This document shows positions 8,576-15,171 of a DNA stretch of 35,886 bases, piece by piece. The position numbers and the translations under genes were made by a program. The notes below the pieces were generated by a model, which did no database searches, had not been told where the DNA came from, and saw only the letters and a list, made by a program, of their open reading frames with translations. Each line of letters starts with the position of its first letter. Position 1 is the first letter of the stretch. The DNA comes from a virus (Duplodnaviria; Heunggongvirae; Uroviricota; Caudoviricetes), in IMG/VR virus record IMGVR_UViG_3300031998_000037; one strand, given 5' to 3'.

Positions 8576-8612
8576 TCGCATTGCAGGGTTCAAATCCTTG
8601 CCCGTGCGACCA
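8576..8612 (+). ncRNA. tRNA minihelix-like fragment (acceptor stem + T-arm + ACCA)
   Basis: TCGCA/TGCGA stem, GCAGGG-TTCAAAT-CCTTGC arm, 3' ACCA. Confidence 0.5.
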
Positions 8613-8688
8613 ATGATATTTTATAAAGGACGGTGATGATTATTGAACGGGAAGAATTTAAACTGATCGCTTGACTTGTTTGAAATGG

Positions 8689-8714
8689 AAAAAGCCTCCG
8701 TGAAATACGGAGGC
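8689..8714 (-). terminator. Intrinsic terminator (minus strand)
   Basis: GCCTCCGT/ACGGAGGC hairpin with U-tract on minus strand. Confidence 0.7.
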
Positions 8715-8787
8715 AAATCCACAACGGAACTTTTATGCTTTAATGATTATAATAGCACACTTGACTGGAAATGTCAGGTGGAAATTC

Positions 8788-8816
8788 TTGACTTATTTTT
8801 TGAACTGTGCTATAAT
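8788..8816 (+). promoter_or_regulatory. Sigma-A promoter
   Basis: TTGACT-17-TATAAT, extended -10. Confidence 0.85.
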
Positions 8817-8877
8817 ACAGAACAAGAATATTAAATAAACGGTAGACGGTAAAAAGAAATAACCGCCTCTCTGGAAT

Positions 8878-8906
8878 AGTATAGCACACTTGATCGGAAA
8901 TGTCAA
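8878..8906 (-). promoter_or_regulatory. Antisense sigma-A promoter (duplicated at 8749-8777)
   Basis: TTGACA-17-TATACT; 25-bp copy with 2 mismatches gives CTGACA-17-TATTAT. Confidence 0.7.
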
Positions 8907-8929
8907 GGGCAAGGAGGATATGATGCTAT

Positions 8930-9121
8930 ATGAACAACAATGGGGAAATTCAGGTGTACGCCTTTGAGCCTATTGCAGAAGGCGGTACATATTTGTTTGA
9001 GATCAGAGAGTTCTTTCAGCGGAAAGAGCTTGAACGAAAAGTTTATTTTGACCGTGAGGCTGGACTATATATAATGTATAAGGGTAAGCGGTATTATGAG
9101 TATGAGTTTATATATAGATAG
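8930..9121 (+). CDS. Hypothetical protein
   Basis: ORF track, AGGAGG SD. Confidence 0.75.
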   Translation: MNNNGEIQVYAFEPIAEGGTYLFEIREFFQRKELERKVYFDREAGLYIMYKGKRYYEYEFIYR

Positions 9122-9132
9122 GAGGTGTAATA

Positions 9133-9282
9133 ATGGGCGATAATTATGAAACATATTTAGACGAAATTTATGATGATGGCGACGACTATGAAATGTGCTG
9201 GGAACACGGAGCATACAATGGTCAATATTGCCCTTGCTGCCCACACAATAGCGAATGCAGCGGTGCTGATGACGAGGATTAA
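9133..9282 (+). CDS. 49-aa very acidic Cys-rich protein
   Basis: Manual translation MGDNYETYLDEIYDDGDDYEMCWEHGAYNGQYCPCCPHNSECSGADDED; GGAGGTG SD. Confidence 0.75.
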   Translation: MGDNYETYLDEIYDDGDDYEMCWEHGAYNGQYCPCCPHNSECSGADDED

Positions 9283-9294
9283 GGAGGAAAATTA

Positions 9295-9750
9295 ATGCGA
9301 TTATGGCATAGGGATTTATTGCCAGTTCTGCCGCGACAACAGCTTCTATCGCAGTGGCGTGAATGTTGCGGAATTGTCAAAGACATAGTAAAATATGGAA
9401 ATCCACACCATATTCTTGTCAATCGGATCATGGACTATCCCGTTTTTCATTTTGAATATTATGTACAAGAGGTTCTGAAGGAAATGCACGAACGCGGATA
9501 TCAGATATCAGATAAAGCCTATCAGAAATATTCGGAAAGACTATCAAAGATACGGGAAAAATTCACTAAAGTTCAAACAGCTTATGATGGATTTGTTCTG
9601 TTTTCCGATTGGCATAATGACATTTATCTCAGGCAATGCCTCTACAATTTAGAGGAAAAATACATATGTGGTGGCATTCCTGATGACGAATGGGATCGCA
9701 TATGTTGTAAGTTTACAAACTACAATCTATATAATAAGAAGCCGCATTGA
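9295..9750 (+). CDS. Pyrimidine-dimer glycosylase / T4 DenV-like (TIGR02328-type) protein
   Basis: MRLWH..L...LPRQQLLSQWRE N-terminal signature. Confidence 0.75.
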   Translation: MRLWHRDLLPVLPRQQLLSQWRECCGIVKDIVKYGNPHHILVNRIMDYPVFHFEYYVQEVLKEMHERGYQISDKAYQKYSERLSKIREKFTKVQTAYDGFVLFSDWHNDIYLRQCLYNLEEKYICGGIPDDEWDRICCKFTNYNLYNKKPH

Positions 9751-9779
9751 TTTTTTTTCGATTGCGGCTTCAAAACATC

Positions 9780-9808
9780 TTGACAAATAAAATGTAGTGT
9801 GATATAAT
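9780..9808 (+). promoter_or_regulatory. Sigma-A promoter containing ATGTAGTGTGAT box
   Basis: TTGACA-17-TATAAT. Confidence 0.9.
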
Positions 9809-9879
9809 AAAGATAGCATCACGCTACCTTGTATTTAAACGCTGGTTTTATAACAAACAGTGGGAAAGGAAAAGAGATA

Positions 9880-10101
9880 ATGAAACGATATCATTTAAAG
9901 AAAACTTTTTTACTTAGACTACAGGGTGTAATATTATTATTATTAGGTTATGCCTCACATAACCTGAATGCTGACGATGCGGCACTGTTTTTCGTCCTTT
10001 TCGGGTGCATAATGGTGTTCTCTAATATAGAATTTATATCACGGGGTATATACAAGTTATCAAAAAACATATATCGTAGGGGTAGGTGGAGGGAGTTTTA
10101 A
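9880..10101 (+). CDS. Small two-TM membrane protein
   Basis: Two hydrophobic segments; ATG behind AAAGGA. Confidence 0.65.
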   Translation: MKRYHLKKTFLLRLQGVILLLLGYASHNLNADDAALFFVLFGCIMVFSNIEFISRGIYKLSKNIYRRGRWREF

Positions 10102-10182
10102 CACTCTTGCATTTTTGTGCAATATGCACTGTTTTTTTTTTTTTTTGAAAGCCGATTTATAGATTAAATCATCAAAAAAACG

Positions 10183-10211
10183 TTGACTTGACATTCAATT
10201 TGTGATATAAT
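10183..10211 (+). promoter_or_regulatory. Sigma-A promoter of recombinase-MazF operon
   Basis: TTGACT-17-TATAAT. Confidence 0.75.
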
Positions 10212-10289
10212 CTAAATATCACATGAGCAAGGTAATTTTTTTGTGTAATGTTTTACGCGAATTATACATAATGTAAAAGGAGGAATAAA

Positions 10290-11297
10290 ATGTTCGCTGA
10301 AAAATGTCATGTGATTGATATTTCCCAAAAGGAAATTTCAGTGGAGTACGACTTTGATAGTCTTATTCCTGAAACCGAGTGTGACGACTTGGAAGAACTC
10401 GTTGAACTTGCTACAAAGCAAAAGCAAAGTCAGGGTATGGACGTTTTACCGCTTGACCTTTATAATCAAATGCTGGAAAATTGTCTTTCTCGCTCTGATT
10501 ACAGAACGTCATTCTGGCTAACCGCTATGAGCAATTTCGGATTGAGATATTCTGATGTCGTAAACCTGCGCCGTATTGATCTTATTGATGAAAACAACAG
10601 GCTTAGAGATAGGGTTCTATTACAAGAATCAAAGACTTCAAAACAGCGTGTGGTCTTTATAAATAAAGCTGTAAAAATGGCTCTTCTTATGCATCTATGG
10701 CATAGTGACATAACGCCTACGGATTATTTAATTACCTCAAACGGCAGACGAAAAGGTTATCTTATGGAAACTTACATTGACTCGAATGGCAAGGAAAAGG
10801 CTGTCAGGATCAATGGCAAGTACGTATATAAAACTGATGATAAAGGAAACAAAATTCCTAAGCCGTTATCACGTTCAAGTTCGGAAAAAATAATGAAGCA
10901 TATTATTATAGATAATCTTGGTGTTGCAATTGCAAATGATACACGTTGCAAAAATGTACATGATTGCATAGGAAAAATCTGTACTCATTCAATCCGTAAG
11001 CTTTACGGATGGGCGATTACAGAAGCCTTTATCAATCAGTTTGATAGTGACGAAGCATACGCACACGCCGCAGCTCTAAGTTTCTTGTCTCAGGATTACG
11101 GACATAGTTCTGAAGCGATGACATTGCATTATAGTAAGGATTTTGAGAACCAGAAGAAAAAAATTGTAATGAATATGAATATCGGATTATCAGTGCTGGA
11201 AAAGTATTTCAATCAAGAATACGAAAACAGAGGGGGAGGCAATAAGTGTCCCGTAATTACAAACGATGGTCAGACGACGAAAAGGAACACGCTTTAA
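10290..11297 (+). CDS. Tyrosine recombinase (catalytic domain intact, short N-terminus)
   Basis: R (GLRYSD), K (ESKT), HxxR (HSIRK), H (YGH), Y (LHY). Confidence 0.9.
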   Translation: MFAEKCHVIDISQKEISVEYDFDSLIPETECDDLEELVELATKQKQSQGMDVLPLDLYNQMLENCLSRSDYRTSFWLTAMSNFGLRYSDVVNLRRIDLIDENNRLRDRVLLQESKTSKQRVVFINKAVKMALLMHLWHSDITPTDYLITSNGRRKGYLMETYIDSNGKEKAVRINGKYVYKTDDKGNKIPKPLSRSSSEKIMKHIIIDNLGVAIANDTRCKNVHDCIGKICTHSIRKLYGWAITEAFINQFDSDEAYAHAAALSFLSQDYGHSSEAMTLHYSKDFENQKKKIVMNMNIGLSVLEKYFNQEYENRGGGNKCPVITNDGQTTKRNTL

Positions 11298-11944
11298 AAT
11301 TGGTTGATAAGTTTGGCGTAGAAAAGACTTCGAGAAAGTTAGGTATTGCTTCGTCAACTATTCACTACTGGAAATCGCAAAGAAATAAAAAAGAAGTTAA
11401 GAAAACCTCAATGATTATACAGCCGATTGATCCCAACAAAGAATTAAAGGACAATCCGAATATTACTTTTCAATCTCAGGGTGCAGACCGTCAATTTAAA
11501 CGTGGCGAGATTTACTATGTTTCGCAACGTCCTTCTGTTGGCGTTGAAATGGTGGCTGGCAGACCAGCCGTTATTGTATCGAATGACAGATTGAATGAAA
11601 ATTTAAGTTGTGTTGAGGTCGTTTATTTGACTACTAAAACAAAATGTATCGCACCTGAACATATAAGCATAAGATCATCTGGAGTCTTAGCAACAACTAT
11701 ATGTGAACAGATTACCACTATAGATAAAAGCAGAATAAGAGAATTTGTCGGGGAATGTACCCCTATAGAAATGAAGCTGATTAATAAGGCATTGTTGTAT
11801 TCACTTGGCTTAGGGGAATATGTCAAGGAAACAATGGGCGATGATGAAATAGTTGCAAGAATTTCATCTGTAGTTGCTGAAAGAAATGCCTATCAGGAAT
11901 TAACCGAACGTTTATTAGATCGGCTTATGGAGAAAAAGAAATAA
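11246..11944 (+). CDS. HTH-PemK/MazF-family endoribonuclease fusion
   Basis: N-terminal HTH (..KLGIASSTIHYWK); RGEIYYV..GRPAVIVSND..CEQITTIDKSRI MazF fold; C-terminal coiled coil. Confidence 0.85.
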   Translation: MSRNYKRWSDDEKEHALKLVDKFGVEKTSRKLGIASSTIHYWKSQRNKKEVKKTSMIIQPIDPNKELKDNPNITFQSQGADRQFKRGEIYYVSQRPSVGVEMVAGRPAVIVSNDRLNENLSCVEVVYLTTKTKCIAPEHISIRSSGVLATTICEQITTIDKSRIREFVGECTPIEMKLINKALLYSLGLGEYVKETMGDDEIVARISSVVAERNAYQELTERLLDRLMEKKK

Positions 11945-12025
11945 GGGAGGTATGTGATATGGGCTATAACATGAGCCTACCTTAGTCTCATCACACGGCT
12001 ATCACAGTGAACACAAAACGTTCAC

Positions 12026-12054
12026 TTGACAAGTCGGAACAAATGTTCTATAAT
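12026..12054 (+). promoter_or_regulatory. Sigma-A promoter with Firmicute LexA (SOS) box
   Basis: TTGACA-17-TATAAT with GAAC-AAAT-GTTC at 12037-12048 abutting -10. Confidence 0.8.
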
Positions 12055-12092
12055 AGTGATATCAAAAGAACATTTTTATTTAGGGGTGAGAA

Positions 12093-12461
12093 ATGATGAG
12101 TGCAGAAGTCTTTGCATTACTGGGTATGATAATTGACACAACTGTATCGGACGAGCCTGTATTTTTTCCATCATGGGAAAATGGTGTTCTCTTTGTTGAG
12201 TGTTACGATACAGATATCATAACAAGAATGATTTTACCGTTGTGTTATAAAAAGGTTTATCAGTTTTTGGAAAATTGTAACTGGTTCGTGGCGATCATAA
12301 AGATTTCGCAGCAACAAATTGCCGAGATAGTCTTTGAAAATGACACGGGGGAGTCATGCGTTTGTCAAATAGGGGACAACCTACTTGATAAGCTTGCTGA
12401 TCGTGGCATGGATGACACATATTTTAAATTTTGTCAGGAGATTACAGAAAAAATTATGTAG
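12093..12461 (+). CDS. Hypothetical protein under SOS-box promoter
   Basis: ORF track, GGGGTGA SD. Confidence 0.75.
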   Translation: MMSAEVFALLGMIIDTTVSDEPVFFPSWENGVLFVECYDTDIITRMILPLCYKKVYQFLENCNWFVAIIKISQQQIAEIVFENDTGESCVCQIGDNLLDKLADRGMDDTYFKFCQEITEKIM

Positions 12462-12495
12462 TGTGATTGACAAATATAATGTAGTGTGATATAAT
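12456..12495 (+). promoter_or_regulatory. Sigma-A promoter with two ATGTAGTGTGAT boxes
   Basis: TTGACA 12467-12472, TATAAT 12490-12495; boxes at 12456-12467 and 12479-12490. Confidence 0.9.
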
Positions 12496-12529
12496 GTATG
12501 CAGTCTAATGAAAGGATTGGGTGTAATTT

Positions 12530-13579
12530 ATGTTATACTTAATAGATGAGTACAGTAAACAATATCCACACAGAAGGACTTTGGAACTTCAAAGGTTCGA
12601 GAAAACTGAGTCCTTTTTGCACGAAATGACAATTGAAGAAGTAAACAAGGAGTGTGCAAATTGGGAATCGGTGAGCAATGAAACAGCCGCTAATACAAAG
12701 CGTAAGATTGCTCAATATCTTAACTGGCTTGCGGATCTGGGTTGTACTGTTAAATTTAATGCTGCGGATATAGTTTTGCCTGTAAAGGAGGAGATTGTTC
12801 CGCAAATTTATTCAACAAGTGATATTCACAAATATTATGACATTTTGGGAAAAGCACTTGAAAGACAAGCTATTTTGAACGGGAATAATGCATCTATGTT
12901 TTTCTTGAATATGGCACACGCCGCTGGCATATTGTCATTTTATGGGCTAACGGAAAGTGAATTTCTCAGTCTTAGTTTATCCGACATTCAATTTGATGGT
13001 GTCAGAGGTTATGATCTGCCATTAACAAATGACGACTTAGATGTACTAATGACCTATAAATATCAATCAAAATGTGACAATAACCATACTTTAAAAGGCA
13101 CTAAATATTTTAGAAGTGCAAGTGAAATAAAGGTTGTTAATGCAAGTTATATCAATCGTCCATTAACACTTATAGATGTTGAGGAAGAGTTTCAGTATTT
13201 AAAAACTATTCTCAGAACCTCTTATCTTAATCTTTGTGGTAAATTTAATCGGGCGTACCATGAAGAAAAGGCTACTGGGCAAATGATAGTTTGCAGTTCG
13301 GTAACACCTCAGTGGTTCTTGGACATTTTTCAAGTAAGTAAGAACATGATTGCAAGGCGTAAGAAAGAGTATGTTGCTTATCGCAATCAGCGCAATAAAT
13401 ATGAGTCTGAAAATCCCTCCGCTAACGTTGCACCTGTGTTGTCTAAGAATGCTATTCTAAACAAGATTTCGCTTATTCAAGACAACATTGAAAAACTAAA
13501 CCAAGAGTCGCAAGAACAAATCAATAAGTTTAATCAAGAAGTAGAAGAACTTCGTAGTCAGCTACAGCAGTATAACTGA
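12530..13579 (+). CDS. Tyrosine-recombinase-fold protein with degenerate active site; putative repressor (MrpR/YopR-like)
   Basis: Core-binding-like N-terminus (TAANTKRKIAQYLNWL); box I reads FYGLTESEFLSLSLSDI (Arg replaced by Thr); no HxxR. Confidence 0.6.
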   Translation: MLYLIDEYSKQYPHRRTLELQRFEKTESFLHEMTIEEVNKECANWESVSNETAANTKRKIAQYLNWLADLGCTVKFNAADIVLPVKEEIVPQIYSTSDIHKYYDILGKALERQAILNGNNASMFFLNMAHAAGILSFYGLTESEFLSLSLSDIQFDGVRGYDLPLTNDDLDVLMTYKYQSKCDNNHTLKGTKYFRSASEIKVVNASYINRPLTLIDVEEEFQYLKTILRTSYLNLCGKFNRAYHEEKATGQMIVCSSVTPQWFLDIFQVSKNMIARRKKEYVAYRNQRNKYESENPSANVAPVLSKNAILNKISLIQDNIEKLNQESQEQINKFNQEVEELRSQLQQYN

Positions 13580-13583
13580 TATG

Positions 13584-13614
13584 AAGGGAGAGGATTTCTA
13601 CCTCTCCCTTTGTT
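13584..13614 (+). terminator. Terminator-like hairpin
   Basis: AAGGGAGAGG/CCTCTCCCTT. Confidence 0.65.
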
Positions 13615-13626
13615 ATACCCTTTTTT

Positions 13627-13700
13627 TGGGATATAGCCAAGTGGTAAGGCACAGGATTTTGACTCCTGCATCGTGAGTTCAAATCTCGCTATCCCAACCA
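13627..13700 (+). tRNA. tRNA-Gln(TTG)
   Basis: Canonical cloverleaf, TGGGATA/TATCCCA acceptor, anticodon loop TT-TTG-AC, encoded CCA. Confidence 0.95.
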
Positions 13701-13705
13701 ATCAA

Positions 13706-13853
13706 CTGAACTTAGCTTAATTACAAAGCACTATTATCAATTTCAATCTTCCTCAGTAATCCCCTTTACTTCTGAGAATTTTGCTACAAAGGCATTTGTT
13801 TGAATGCTATTTGATATATAGAGATATAGGTGCAAGTCCTGTAGTTCAGACCA
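13706..13853 (+). ncRNA. tRNA-like RNA with about 70-nt structured insertion replacing the anticodon loop
   Basis: CTGAACT/AGTTCAG + ACCA, D-arm GCTT/AAGC, T-arm ATAGG-TGCAAGT-CCTGT. Confidence 0.7.
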
Positions 13854-13854
13854 T

Positions 13855-13913
13855 TCGCATTGGTAGTGCTTTCCTTTCAGCACTGGGATTAAATTCCCAC
13901 GCCAATGCGATCA
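13855..13913 (+). ncRNA. Minimal three-way tRNA-like element
   Basis: 9-bp TCGCATTGG/CCAATGCGA stem enclosing two hairpins, ends ATCA. Confidence 0.5.
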
Positions 13914-14096
13914 TTAATACTCCGTTTCTACTATAGATTTTTGACCTGAGTAAGTCATAAACTGCTCATTCTTTTTAAAAAGTTCCTGTTCGTTGCCATA
14001 GTGACGAACCTCCTAATGCCCATCGTGGATGGGCAAATATGCCGATGAACCGTTCATGTCGGAAACTCGACACCATATCAGAAAGGAATGAATTAA

Positions 14097-14942
14097 ATGC
14101 CTTCAAAAAAAGAATTGATAGTAACTACAAATGATGGTGATATGCGAATTGTTGTAATGGATATCACTCCGCGAAAAGCAAGCGAATTGCTGGATAAAAA
14201 CACAAGCAATCGTAACCTGAGACAAGGCAGAGTTAGTATGTACGCATCTGAGATGAAAAATGGGAACTGGAAATCTAATGGTGTTCCAATAATCATTGGT
14301 GATGATGGCATTCTAAAAGATGGGCAGCATAGATTATGTGCTTGCGTAAAAGCAAATGCCACTATGAAAAATGCTGTAGTAATCTACTTGCCCAAAGCTC
14401 AAACAAATTGTTACGATATCGGAGCAACAAGAACTGCTGTAGATGTTGCAAAGTTTATGGGAATTGACGACCATCCATATTTAAGATCAAACGCTATATT
14501 TGCTTCTGTTAATCTTGCAATCACTGGAAGATCAGACGGTTATCGTTCTTACTCTAAAATCGGTCTTGTTAAAGAGATACAGAAACATCCAGAAGCTTGC
14601 GAATTTATATATTATAAGATACTATCAAATGGCGCAGCACAAAATCTAAAATTCCGCAAATCTGGATTTATGGCTGCAATATTCAATGCTTTTCTCGTAG
14701 GTTATGATAGAGAAAAGCTGGAGAGATTTTGTACTGTTCTTATTCATGGCATAGTAAGAGATGAAGCCGAAATTCCAATCATCAAGCTTAGGGATCAGAT
14801 TTTGAATATAAGTGCGCAGTCAAGAAGGGATAAGCTTGTTCTGTATTTCCAGACGCAAGCTGTACTTAAAGCCTACGAAATGAACAAAACAACTGTTGAT
14901 TTAAAAAAGGCAGATAAAGAATATTATTCCTATCCGAAATAA
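14097..14942 (+). CDS. ParB-like / DGQHR-motif protein
   Basis: ITP..A..LL..N..NR.L...V..YA..M..G.W....PII....G.LKDGQHRL. Confidence 0.75.
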   Translation: MPSKKELIVTTNDGDMRIVVMDITPRKASELLDKNTSNRNLRQGRVSMYASEMKNGNWKSNGVPIIIGDDGILKDGQHRLCACVKANATMKNAVVIYLPKAQTNCYDIGATRTAVDVAKFMGIDDHPYLRSNAIFASVNLAITGRSDGYRSYSKIGLVKEIQKHPEACEFIYYKILSNGAAQNLKFRKSGFMAAIFNAFLVGYDREKLERFCTVLIHGIVRDEAEIPIIKLRDQILNISAQSRRDKLVLYFQTQAVLKAYEMNKTTVDLKKADKEYYSYPK

Positions 14943-14952
14943 AGAAGTTATA

Positions 14953-15155
14953 TACACGCCTGATATTTGCGGTTATGATTATGTCCTTTCGTAGAATAAA
15001 AAGACATCTGATTAATGGTCTTAAAAATCGGACTTCCCTTTGCAAAATTCTGTCGCAACAAGAATATGCACAAAATAGTGCTTAAACTGGGTTGTAGCAA
15101 GGTTCTTTTTAATTTGAGTCCATCAATTCACATAACCGCAAATATCAGGCGTGTA
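14953..15155. repeat. Perfect 25-bp inverted repeat enclosing 153 bp
   Basis: TACACGCCTGATATTTGCGGTTATG at 14953-14977 and its reverse complement at 15131-15155. Confidence 0.95.
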
Positions 15156-15171
15156 GGAAAGGTTGATAATA

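Noticed and set aside
11959-11985. 8-codon ORF MGYNMSLP behind a strong SD
   Set aside because: Too short to support; most likely a remnant of a deleted gene.
14040-14076. Hammerhead ribozyme (CCGATGA...GAAA)
   Set aside because: Core reads CCGAUGA not CUGAUGA, and stems II and III cannot be formed around GAAA.
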